NCBI GenBank assembly: GCA_963724765.1
Contig: CAVRVY010000001.1
Span: 32,001 to 96,000 of the forward strand
Source: an uncultured delta proteobacterium
GTDB taxonomy: Bacteria; Desulfobacterota; Binatia; Binatales; Binataceae
Reading direction: 5' to 3'
Length of the DNA stretch: 64,000 nt
The notes below the pieces were generated by a model. That model was not told the origin of the DNA and did not search any database. It worked only from the letters and a program-made list of their open reading frames with translations. This document shows, piece after piece, positions 22,645-34,030 of this stretch (its first letter is position 1; every line of letters begins with the position of its first letter). The translations under genes and the position numbers were made by a program.

Positions 22645-23462
22645 CTGTCCGTCTCCTTTCAGTGACGGACTCTACCTCTAAACTGTTGGGCGGGAAGGGG
22701 GCAGGCCAGACCATCCATCCCTTTCTAGGAGACCACAAACAGAAAACCCCGTGGTCTTGAACCACGGGGTCGTAATGTTGTTGGCTGTCAGGATGGAATC
22801 TCTGCGTCAGCCCGCGCGGATTCGTCGGCCATTCTCGGCTCGTGATCCTGCGGGCGGAAAGAACCTCGTACTGTTTTACGATCAAAGCGGAAACATCTCC
22901 CGCATAGACCCATACGAGATAGAATTTCGGCTGGTCACAACGGCCGGTGCACCTTTTGCTGACCTCATCAACGAAGAATTGGACTTCACCGCGGCAGAAG
23001 TGAGAGTCTCTTTACCATTCGCGGTTCTGCCTTGGGCGGTACGATTTAGCAATTGGCGAAAGATTTCGTTCAACAGGTAGCAATTCCGGCTTCAGCGACA
23101 GGAATTCATATCAGTAACTTTGTTTGCGGCCTTCCGTCAAATAATTTCTAATACCCATTGCCAGATGATATTCCCTCAGGATCCAATTTCCTGAATCTAC
23201 GTTATCACACTTGAAAGTTTACGCTCAGGCATCGGCGGAGTGTGACTTTTCAGAATAAATGTCCCCGCTTCTTGCACGCTATTTGCCCCGTGATACGCGT
23301 GCACGGTCCTGTCAGCAGCTTCGTGACCGCTTGTTCCGAAAAGGTTCTAGACCAACGGACGGCCCAAGCCTAGCGGCAAATAGCCGGGAAAGGACAGGGT
23401 CATTTATCTTGAAAGATTACATTTTGTGGCACCACCTTTACGTCCATGCATCACCCCTCGTC

Positions 23463-24859
23463 TTAATATTTCGTGCGCACATACACGCCGACACGCCCAG
23501 GGCATGGATAGCCCCGAGGGTTCTTGTGAGGGTTCAGTGAACCGTCCATCGTTCGTCTGTTAAATGTCTTCCGACAGACAGTGCATCGGTAGACGTAGGT
23601 TGGCCCCTGCTGCCTTGCGCGCGGCGCGCGGCGCGTGCTCGCAATGCGAGGCATCGCCGTGGATGGCGCGACGGTCAATGGTCCGGTCGAAGTCAATTCG
23701 ACAGCGTAACGCGGCGTGAAGACTTGCGAAGTGACGGTCGCACTCTGCATCCGATCCACGCGATAAGAACGGTGTTCGCCTGAATCGCTGCGGATGGCGT
23801 GCAGCACGAAATAGCCTTCGCTGTCTGGCGCAGCGAATAGGGCTCGATGCGGCGCACGCCGCCGTCATAGGTCAGATCGACGCACAGATGGTTCGCCGCG
23901 GCGAAGCGGACGATTTCCAGCGTCGAGCGGGAGCGGATGGGGACACCCATCGGAAGCACGCGGGTCCGGACAGCAATTTCGCCGGCACCGTGCTGGATAA
24001 ACGCGCGTTGCGGGATTTCCGCGCCACCGGTGATCCAGGTGAAGATTTCAGGGAGAGCGTCCCAGAAGTCGTTAAGCGGAGGAAGGACAGGGAGCTGGTG
24101 CGCCAGCATGTCCGACCACATCGCCTCAAGGGATTGGCGATGAGGCACCAGGGTATCGAAAGTTGGAACCGGGATTGCCTTGTATTCGCACTTCTGCCGG
24201 AGCACATCGCTAAGTACGGCGGCTGTTGGACGGCTGTCCGTGTGCCGGTACAGGTTCACCACGTCGTAAAGGTCACGGGGCCGCGTGCGTTCTCCGAGCG
24301 CACGGAGCTTTTCCCCGAAGGCTTCCTCGTACGCGTAACAATTGGCCCAAATACCTCCTTCGGGGCGGTCGGTGTAAGGATGAAATACCTCGCGGCGGAC
24401 GGAAGGAAGTACCAGCCTCTCATCTGCTGTCAGGTCAAGCTTGATCTTCGGCCAACCGCCTGATGTCGGTGAGACCGGGCCGCGATAGGCGATCTTGCCC
24501 TGGCAGTTCATGCGGCCGCGCGGGTTTTCGTAAATGTCGAATTCGAGTTGATCGACGGCGATGTTCAAGCCGGATTGTTCCGTGATCCAGCCGATGACTT
24601 CTTCGAAAACGGGCTGCAGGAAGTCCTCATCAAGATGGCTCTCATCGCGCAGCGTGAAGTCCAGGTCCTCCGAAAACCGATAGGTCTCGAAGTAGCACTT
24701 CTTGAGACACGTGCCGCCCTTGAAGACCCAGCTTTCCGCGATCTCCTCATGCGCGTTGATGCCGGCGAGCATCCAGCCGAGGACATAGTCCTTCTCAACA
24801 ACGCTCGGCAAGAGCGAAAACGACGATGCGGCTTCGAGCAATTCGCGGCGGTCTATCAT
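23463..24859 (-). CDS. abiEii: AbiEii nucleotidyltransferase toxin fused to a WYL domain and C-terminal Zn-finger (frameshift ~23815)
   Basis: EKDY, FKGGT.L.K..RFSEDLDF, EKLRAL..RPRDLYD; then LTYDG..RRIEPYSL..HRSYRVDRM (WYL) and CTVC..HK..CPG. Confidence 0.85.
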
Positions 24860-25662
24860 GCTGCAGTGTCTTTCCAACGCTCTGGCACCCACAGCCGCCA
24901 GGCAGTGACAAGTTTCCGGGAAGAGAGCGCTGGATCGAGCCGGGCATAACCGCTAGTTAGCCGGGAGCGGCACTCGTCCGCGAGAGCTTTGTCGCGCAGG
25001 CGGGTATCAGCTAGAAATCCAAGGCGTTTGAAGATGACGCCATTGTTGAATTGCTCCGCGTAGCGGATTAACAGGTCCCGGTCAGCGGACTTGCCATGAA
25101 GATATGCAGACAAGCAGTCGGCCACGTGATCGATGCCGCCGCCGACCTCTGGCATGGCGATCATGTCGACAAGCGTGCGCGCCGGGTCCGATATTGAGAC
25201 CTTCGTAGATCCGCGCCACAGGGTTTTCAGTCCGAAGAGACGTTTGGCTTTTATGCTGCGAAGCCGAAAAGCCGCGCCCTGCGCGGTTACGCGCTTCTCA
25301 ATGACACGGCGGGTAGTAAAGACCAGCGTTTCGTTGAAGAGCTGCTCGGTGAGTTCCCAATGGTGCGCGGCTGTCCAGCCGCCGATGTAGCTTTCGCCGA
25401 AGAGTGTCGGGACGAGCACCCAGGGATCTGCGATAACCTGTTCGCTGCCGGCCAGATCCAATGGCACGGGAACATAGAGACCGTGCCCTATCCTTCGCAG
25501 CCATCCCTGCTCTCTCCAGCGGGAGAGAAGCTTGGCGGCGGCGCGCCGGTCAATGCCAAGAGTTTGCGCCGCAATGTCAACCGATACCACCTCCTTGGTG
25601 GCACGGAGAACGGCGGCAAGCCGCGCTCGGGAGGCGGGCAATGGGTCGGTTTCGCTCCTCAT
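24856..25662 (-). CDS. abiEi: AbiEi type IV TA antitoxin (wHTH plus C-terminal domain)
   Basis: GWLRRIGHGLY, YIGGWTAAHHWELTEQ, SDPARTLVD, KRLGFL; ATGA overlap with abiEii. Confidence 0.88.
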   Translation of the reverse strand: MRSETDPLPASRARLAAVLRATKEVVSVDIAAQTLGIDRRAAAKLLSRWREQGWLRRIGHGLYVPVPLDLAGSEQVIADPWVLVPTLFGESYIGGWTAAHHWELTEQLFNETLVFTTRRVIEKRVTAQGAAFRLRSIKAKRLFGLKTLWRGSTKVSISDPARTLVDMIAMPEVGGGIDHVADCLSAYLHGKSADRDLLIRYAEQFNNGVIFKRLGFLADTRLRDKALADECRSRLTSGYARLDPALSSRKLVTAWRLWVPERWKDTAA

Positions 25663-25886
25663 GGACTATATGATATAACACTAAATTCGCATTATCAAGG
25701 AACTTAACGCTCAACAATATAGTTACCGAGCAGTTGAAGCCTGAAGGCATCCGGCCGGCGGGCAGAACGTCAAGCTTGACGGGCGCGACGACCCAGGCCC
25801 ATCACCATCAGGTGAACCCAGACGCAAATTCTCCAAATGGATGAAATCAATGTAGGCCGACGAATTCTTCCCTCGAATCCACCGCT

Positions 25887-28800
25887 TCATTCTCGATGCG
25901 GCAAATACATGCGTCCTCTTACTCGACGTCGTGGCACGTCAAGCGTGAACTCATAGTGCAGCACAGAGCGGAGTTCTTCAAAAGCAACACTATTCGCAAC
26001 GGCGTAGCCGGCTTTGTCGACCCAGGTCCAGCCGCCGCGCAACTCCACCGGCGTTACATAGAGTTCTCCCGACAGATAGTCGTTTCTGTTCCGGGTCAAC
26101 GTTACACGCCAGTCAAAATGCGGTTGAGGCGGCTGTTCAGGGTCTCGCGACCCAGTCTGCTGTGCCCAATCGCGTATAGCTCGTGGATCAAGTAAGTCAT
26201 TCGCAGCGATTCCTGTTGTCCGCGAACTATAATACGATTGCGACATAACCTCGGCATCGGTTCTTGTTTTTGCATAGCCACGAGCAAGGAGAAATGCGGC
26301 AACAGGCTCCAAGGTTCCCCAGGTCAGCAGCTCCTTAAGCCAGAATGCGATCCACGGCAAGTCGGCGAGCGGCCAATCGCCGATCTCGAGTGGTCGGATC
26401 GGAGCGTGTTCGTTGTCGCTGAAGGCGACGGAAATTAGTCCACCAAGACCCCAAGTGCTGAGGTAGCAGAAATTCTTAGACACATAATCGAACCACACGG
26501 TGATTTGCTTTGGCGTGGGTTGTTCGTCGAGCGTCTCTTTGCACATCCACCATCTAAGCAACCTTTGCCAGTCCCTAAAGTTTCGTCTGCCTCCGAGCTT
26601 TGTGCTCAAGCGGAACGCTGGCACTTCATTTAAGCTGCCGATGACCCGAGCGACAAAGCCAAAACGTTGCTCAGTCGTCCATCGAGCATACTCAAGTCCT
26701 TCCCTAAGCTGGTCTACAATCGATGGAGCTTGCTCTAGCAGTATTATCGCCGAACGCGGCGTCAGACTCGTCCTATAAATGCGGGCGCGTTCTTGTGAGT
26801 CCGGATAGCGCCTTGGGAGCGCACGTCCGCGGCTAAACCAGATCCTACTTAACCGCGCTTCAGCTGACCCGGATGCATGCGCGTAGGTCGCTTGCCAAAT
26901 GCGACGAAGTTCTGCCTCGAGTTCAGCCCCATCGAGCGGCGAGTTCGTCAGCTCCTCAACTTCCCTAAGAGCGCATAGCAGAAAATAGTCGAGAGCATCC
27001 AAGTTACGAACCGCGGGAGTCTCGGGCGCTGTCGTAACGGCGGTCGCCTCCAACCAGCGCGTAAATGCCGAATCCGAGGTTTGCCCGCTCAGGGTCCGCC
27101 AGGTCGACTCAATGGCGCTGAGCAAAGCAAGCAGCGCGCTATCCGCAGTATCCGTGCCTTGCTCGGCTCTACCTGTTGATTGTTCCAGCTCGTCGCGGAG
27201 TTCCTCGTAGCCTCTTCTCTGCCGGTAGCTCCCCTGGTCTGCAGAAAGAACTACAAACGCATGCCCTTCGGTAGCTACACCGGGACGGCCCGCGCGACCT
27301 ATCAAATTTGAAAACTCCTGCAGATCGAACCGGACCTGCCCTCGATAGACACTTGGTATCAGGATATAATTCACCGGAATATTCACGCCTTCCGATAAGG
27401 TCGAGGTTGCGATGATCACCCGCACTGTCCCTCGATCAATCAAGCGCTTCAACCGCCGGCCCACGGGTGGTGGAAGCTTTCCGTGATGGACTGCTATGCC
27501 CCACGACAACAACCTGTATTCGTAAGAGTCTACGGAAAAATAGTCTTCCATTGATGCCAAACATTCCGTGAGCAACGTGTCATCTGTCCTTCTCTCGAAA
27601 TAGGAAGGCAATTGATCCGATCCCCAGTGATCGAGGATCTCCAGACAGGCACCCGTAAAATCGTCAATTCTCTGAGCCATAGAAACCAGAACGGTTGGCT
27701 TCGTTCCTTCGCTTCGTTCAGCAGCGAGATTCAGGGCGGCCCAGAGGGTGGGCGCTCGCATTCTCACTTCCGGCTGATTTCGTGGTCCTAACCGCTGGGG
27801 CATCTTGGCAAAAGGCTCGCCTACGTATGGAGAGGACGTTGTTCTGCCCTCACGAAACTTAAGCGATTGGCCGTTCATCAGGTCATACTGAATGGTGAAC
27901 GACCCTTGAGGACTGACCTCCAACCGCCCAAGCATCTGACGTGTACTGCGGTGGCGCGACTCTATTGGAGTTGCGCCTTCATCGCCAGAAATCCACCGCG
28001 CCAACGATGGCGCCGAACCGGCGGCTACGGCGGAGAGAGCTATTGTGCGGAAGGCATAGCGTTCACGAGCGAGGTTGAGACGAGTTCCTAGCAGTTCCAG
28101 GCGATACGCCCTGCTAGTAGCTTCCTGAAGGCTGAGCAGGTCTGGCCGTCCATAGTTCACTGTGTGGGCTTCGTCAATAATCACCAGCCTCACGCGGTCT
28201 AAAAACAACACACCAAGAAACCGCAGCAACGCGTCCGCCTTTTCGTATGTACAGATGAGTATCGTTGGCTGATCTTGGGATATCCAAGCGTCTGTGAGGT
28301 CCCCAATCCGTGCCCCCGTACAGACCCGTCACAACAATCCTTTGTGCCGAGATACCTCGTAAGTCTTCCGCAAGACGTTCCTCAACCTCTGCGGCCAGTG
28401 CGCGAGATGGAACCAAATACAATACGAGATTGCCGGTTCGTTGACCGTCTAGCCCTTCGGCAGCATTTGGATTGTTCTCGAACAGGGCAGGAATTATTCC
28501 AAGGGTCGCTACTGTCGTTTTGCCTGACCCCGTCGGCGTACATAGCGCAAAGGACCCTCCCCCGCGCAATCGCGAGATTCCAGCGGCTTGAGCTGGCCAA
28601 ACCAGCGCTCTTTTATTCGCGAACTGTGCTCTTGCAAATTGCGTCAGAGCTTCGATGGTGTCCGGAGATGCAGCAACTTGCATTTCAGCAACGGGACCCC
28701 AAAGCGAGGTTTCTACGTAGCGACGTGAAACAGCTCCCACCAATTTCGCTAAAACTGACGAGTAAGAATCTCTGCTATGAAGAAATCCCTCAGCGAGTCT

Positions 28801-29429
28801 ATCCAGCTTTGTGATTGCCCGCTGGACCATGTCATCGCGGCCGTAGCGTAGGTACTCGCAAACTGTTCCTATACATCGGATCACATGTTGAACCGCCAAA
28901 GCTGAAAAGGCAGCTCCGTCGAGACATACCTTGGAATCGTGCTTGCCAGCCCTCCTCGCCAATATTCGACCGTAGCTCGGAGCACAGCGGAAAGTCTGCC
29001 CGCAAAAACCCCGCAAGAATCTCTGATGCCACGCCTGCATCAGGCATTTCCTTGAGCTCGCCCAGAGCCATCGCCGGATAGCCTGCCACTTGGTAAGCTG
29101 CTGCAGAGAGGAGATGTAGAGGGGCTCCTTGAGGGCGCAAATCTGCTCAAGACAGCCACTCCAGTATTTCAGCACCGCGTTTGACGCTTTCTTGCCAACT
29201 GAAACCATCTTCAGGCTGACTGCGTAGAAGAAAAGGCGTATTGAATTAAGGAGGAACGCTTCTTCTTGAGCTCGCCCGATGTCTGATGGCCCGAAGCTCG
29301 CCAGGCCCCGGTCCCATCTGCCTCCGCATGCTCTGACTGTACAGCTTTGCCTGCGACTCGGCTCAGCGCAGTCGCGACGGATGAGCTGATATTCTTTCGC
29401 AAGATACGCGCCGATTCCGCTGTAGGCAT
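25887..29429 (-). CDS. Ski2-like SF2 helicase, Hachiman HamB-like (several frameshifts)
   Basis: PTGSGKT, YLVPSRALA, IIDEAH, LSA, HHGKLP, ATSTLSEGVNIP, NLIGRAGRPG, spread over ORFs 29211..29429, 28832..29140, 28174..29208 and 25887..28229. Confidence 0.8.
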
Positions 29430-29434
29430 CCGGC

Positions 29435-30318
29435 TACCCTCTTATAGACCGAGTCCACTAGCGTATCCAAATCATCGACATGATATTCGAGTCCAAATAA
29501 CGCCCGATGCGCAGTGTAAGCAGAGTTCGGTGCGCTCGCAGACATCCAGCTTCGCCTGCCAGGTGCTCGCGGTGCTTCGCCACAAACATACACCACCGCG
29601 TCGTATCGCGTCACACCTTGACCGGCTGAAGCTCGATATTTGATTAATGCTTCTTGCCACGCTTCTGCTTCAGGCGTGTCGTAGCAGTTTAGCAGCTCAA
29701 CCAGTTCCCGAACGCTATCCGGAACCGATGATGCGCTGCTGAGTTTTCCGTGGGCCGCGCTCAGTTTGACCGATTGATGACCGGACAAACACTTGGCTTC
29801 GAGCGTCAAGACGTGCGTGATCGAGTCGGCATCATTCTTCACGAAGGCAATCGCATCATCCCCGGTGCGTCCAGGCCGGCGGGCAGCCGGCGCGTCGGGA
29901 TCGTACGCTTGGCCCGCCCTGAGCTGTTGGTTGATGCGCTCAAGATGTTGAAACTCGACGTCATGAAATCTGAAGAGAAGAGCAGGAACCTGCCAGTCAT
30001 TTCGATTGTGTATATCCCAGTGCTCAACAGCTAGAGCCGCAAACGTCTCCCCGAGGTATCCCTTCAACGTGTTTCGGTGCAATAAACCCGGGTAATTCGC
30101 AGCAGGGTCTAGTACTGGATCGTTGAATGGTGACAGAGCATCTTCAAATCCACTACGCAAGCGTAGGCGGGCATCTTCCAAAGCTTCTTGGAAATACGCC
30201 ACAAGTTCCGCTAGTACATCGCACCGCCTTGCAAGTTCTTCATGCCAAAGGCAGCAGGTGGTAGGAACCATTCCCCTGTGGGCCGCGGCTGCTCGACGAG
30301 CCACCTTTGCAAGGTCAC
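29435..30318 (-). CDS. PD-(D/E)XK nuclease, Hachiman HamA-like (ends approximate)
   Basis: LKGYLGE, GRTGDDAIAF, LEAK motifs; directly upstream of the Ski2-like helicase. Confidence 0.65.
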
Positions 30319-30555
30319 GCGACTAATTCTGCGGAAGCGAATCATCAGCGACTTTCTACAGTTTTCGGACCCGCACTATAGACTAGACTTTCTGTTGATT
30401 CACGAGAAAATTGTGGCAACTTCGGCATACGACAGCAAATCCGGCTGCCCGAGCGGGTCTCTCTTCGCGTGCTGCAGCCGAGCAGCGCCGGTCGGTCGGT
30501 ACGGTTCGTCCGTTCCTCACACCGAGGCAACATGCGCCCATACAGGGATAAGATC

Positions 30556-30654
30556 GCTCGTGATGGGCCGAATGATCGTCTGAGCGACATAAGCGGCTTC
30601 GAAGGCATGGTTGAGCGCGAGGCCGATTGTTCCGCCAGCGATGCTCGCTGCCAT
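30556..30654 (-). repeat. Diverged 99-bp copy of the trbL 3' region (matches 34426..34524)
   Basis: Encodes MAASIAGGTIGLALNHAFEAAYVAQTIIRPITS vs trbL MAASIAGGTVGLALSHAFEAAYVAQTIIRPITS; 13 mismatches in 99 nt by hand count. Confidence 0.9.
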
Positions 30655-30704
30655 CGGTACAGATGAATGAAGCGCTTGCGCCGCGGGATACAGCAGTCAC
30701 AGCC

Positions 30705-33700
30705 TCAAAGCCATGCCGCGCGGGACAAGCCTGACCAAACGGCGGACCTTGACTTTCTGCTTGCTTCTGCGTCGGCGACTATTTCTCGTATAAACGGCTC
30801 GGGAGCGTTCGCGAAGCGAGCGATCAGGTCGTCGTAGACTGCGCGCTCTTCTTCGCTCCGGCCGAGCTCTCCCAGGGTGATGCTCGTGTTGAATAGCGCC
30901 TTGGCCACCTGCTCGCGCAGAGCCGGCTCCGTTGCGCTGCCAAAGCGCACGATTACATCGTCGTAGAGGGCGATTCCCTGTTGGGTCCGGCCGAGCTGCC
31001 CCAAAGTGACCCCCTTGTCGACCAGCGCGTTGGCCACCGCTCCGCGCAGCGCTGGCTCCGCTGCGTTGCCGAAGCGCGCGATTACGTGGTCGTAGACGGC
31101 AATCGCCTCCTCGTCGTGGCCAAGCAAAGCGAGGGCCGCCCCTTTATCGATGAGTGCAGCGGCGACAAATTCGAGCAGCGGCAGTTCGGCAGAGGAGCCG
31201 AACCGGGCAACGAGGTCATCGTACACCGCGAGCGCATCACCTCTGCGATCGAGTGCATCGAGCGCGCCTCCCTTGCTAATGAGAGCAGCTGCAAGTTGCA
31301 CGCGCAGCGGCGTCTCAGGAGCCGTTCCAAAGTGAGCCAGAACCGCGTCGAAGAGCGGTATCGCGTCTTCGCTCTGATGGAGATCGTTGAGCGCGCTCCC
31401 CTTACCGACAAGGGTTCCGGCAACCTCTTCACGCATCCAGAGCTCAGTCGCCGAGCCGAAGCGAGAAAGCATGTCTCCGTAGACTGAGACCCCCTCCTCA
31501 ACCCGGTCGAGCGCAACGAGCAGCCCCCCCTTCCTGAGAAGCGCCACCATGATCGGCTTGCGCAGATGCGTTTCTGCAGACGAGCCGAATCGGGCCAGGA
31601 AATCATTAAAGGTCGCGAGAGCCTCCGTATAACGGCCGAGCGCAACGAGCACGTTGCCTTTGTTGATTAGCGCCTTGGCGATCTGCTCGCGCAGCGGCAG
31701 CTCGTCAGAGGAGCCGAACCTCGCCAGCACGTCGTCATAGACCTCAATTGCACTTTCACTAAAGCCGAGTCCGAGACCCTTGTTTACGAGCGCCCGGGCA
31801 ACCCGTTCGCGCAGCGAGAGCTCGGTCGCAGAGCCGAACCTAGTAACGACATCGTCATACGCCAGGCGCCCCTCATCAGGACGACCGAGCGCGCATAGGT
31901 TGTGTCCCTTGTTATCAAGGGCCATCGCGACCAATTCGCGAAGCGGCAGTTCGGTAGAGGAGCCGAACCTCGCCAGCACGTCGTCGTAGGCGGCGATTGC
32001 TTCCCCCACTCTGCCCGATAACTTTCCGAGCACGTTGCCCTTGTTAAAGAGTGCATTAGCCACGTTGACGCGCAGGAGAAGTTCGGCGGCGGAACCGAAC
32101 CGGCCTAGCACGTCGTCGTAGACAGCGATCGCTTTCTCATCGTGGCCAAGCAAACCGAGCGCCGCCCCTTTTCCGATAAGTGCACTGGCGACAAGCTCGC
32201 GTAGCGGCATCTCGCCAGAGGAGGCGAATCTCGCCAACACATCGTCGTATACGGCGATTGCTTCTCCCGCCTGGCCGGGGATCTTTCTGAGCACGTTGCC
32301 CTTGTTAAAGAGTGCATTGGCCACGCTCGCGCGCAAAGAAGGTTCGGGGTCAGAGCCGAACCGGGCCAGCACGAGGTCGTAGACTGCGATTGCTTCTTCA
32401 TTGTGGCCAAGCAAGCCGAGCGTCGCCCCTTTCTGGATGAGTATAGCGGCGACAAGTTCGCGCGCCGGCAGCTCGCTTGACCTCCCGAACCGTACCAGGA
32501 GGTCGTCGTAAATCGCAGCGGGTCCTTTACTCAGTAGTGCCGGAACGTTGAGGGTTGCTTTGTTGAGCAATGCTTTAGCGACGGAGCCGCGAAGCGGTTC
32601 GTCGCGCCTGGCCCATTGCTTCCCCTCACGGAACAGCACCGCTTCCCTGAACTTGCTGTTCGGCGACGTGTATACGACGCGTCTGAAGCTACTGATTTGG
32701 CGATCATCTTTCTTCATCAGGTGGGCGCCACCGCTGAAGATCAGCTGAGTAAGATGTTCTCTCTTCGGGAATCTAAGACAGCTTGGGCGATCAGATCAAA
32801 AAAAGAGGTTCCTTTTTTGGCGTAAGCCATGGCGTCGAATGTATCTGGGCTGACGTAGTCTACGTGAACCCAGACGATCCCAGGCCGATTTCCGCTAAGC
32901 TGTCTCTTGCAGCTGTCCGATATAGTGGAAATTACTTTTTGTACGAATTTCCCCGGTCTTTCGGAAGAAAGCCCAGCAACAACTCTTCGGTTGCCCTTCC
33001 GAGACATAAACATTGATCCCGGTTCGCAAAGAGTCCATTCGTGCCGCGAGTGCCAATCTTGGATATGAGGCTTCCGGAATCGCGCCTAGAAATTCGACCG
33101 TGGCACCGCTGCCGATCGTCACATTTTGTTTGGTCGCCGCGGCGGTGTTACAGGCTCCGACTAACTCAAGGAGATCCTCACGGCTAGCAGAAAGCCGATC
33201 CTTAACCCTTATGTTCAAAATTGGAATTTGATCCCTGGTTTTCCAGCCGTCGAACTTTTGCCGAAGTACCAGAAAGAACTTATCGGCATCTTGCGGCAGG
33301 ATTGGTTGCCCAGAGAAGATCTGAAGCGCCTTCGCTTCGATCTCGAACGTTCCACCGTCCTTCTCGGCGAGAAAATCGTGGCCTCCGTGGCCCTCCAAGT
33401 CTGCAAAAGTGACGTCGAACCCCAGCTTAGAAATCATGCCAGCTACACGCATCTCATGCTGAAGAGACCGGAGCCCGTTCGTCTTTAGGCCGCCCATGAT
33501 TTGGCCGCGAATTTTTGTCTGAGCCTGAACAGAAAGATGCGGAATTGTCTGTCCGAGACCAATGACGAAGTCGGTCGCCTCGTGAATATGGTCCGGAGTG
33601 CCGGAGAATTGACCTGCTACCCTTCTCCTAAGGAGCTCGAGATTCAACAGCTCTAGTTCAAGCGAGAACCTCAAGTCATCTGTCTCGGTAACGTATCCTT

Positions 33701-33827
33701 TGCTACGGAGGCCTCTGCCCAGATTATTGAGTAGGCGCCAATATTCGTCTCCGTCGCCGATCAGATTGATAAACGCCGCAACATCACCAGAAATATCGTC
33801 CCAGGTATTTGTAGAACGGTAACGCAT
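30705..33827 (-). CDS. Probable single ~1,040-aa protein: PD-(D/E)XK-like nuclease domain plus ~14 TPR-like repeats (indels ~32985 and ~32768)
   Basis: N-terminal HEMRVA..HDFLAEKDGGTFEIEAK; the TPR reading frame is open upstream of its ATG (PKREHLTQLIFSGGAHL-MKK); ~45-aa repeats LRE.VA.AL..KG..L..LG..EAIAVYDDVLARFGS. Confidence 0.65.
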
Positions 33828-34030
33828 TTGAAACGGAGCCCCGACTCAGAGTGGCACGCAAAAACAAAGCGATTCGAGCCGCGGTGTTGCTCTTGCCAAG
33901 GATAATTCGTCAGACGGCAAATGATCATGATAAAGACGCGACATGAACGGTGCAATAACAACGCGGCAGGTCTGCCCCTGACTCGGAGCAAGCCGGCGGC
34001 GCGCAAACTTCTCCAGCTCTTGCGCCAACG

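Larger units (their letters stand above)
21491..22708 (-). mobile_element. IS3-family element (IS407-like, ~1.2 kb)
   Basis: Imperfect IRs tggtctgcccccc..aggtagagtc (21491) and tggcctgccccc..aggtagagtc (reverse complement, ending 22708); orfA/orfB with an A6 slippery site at 22385-22390; no target duplication (agtg vs gacc). Confidence 0.92.

Noticed and set aside
22709-23460. Possible gene between the IS3 and abiEii
   Set aside because: Frames are broken by stops and no family motif was recognised.
30760-32600. Regular ~135-bp DNA periodicity as a possible CRISPR array or DGR repeat
   Set aside because: The units are in-frame degenerate TPR codons. There is no invariant repeat/unique spacer pattern, and no cas or reverse transcriptase gene in the window.
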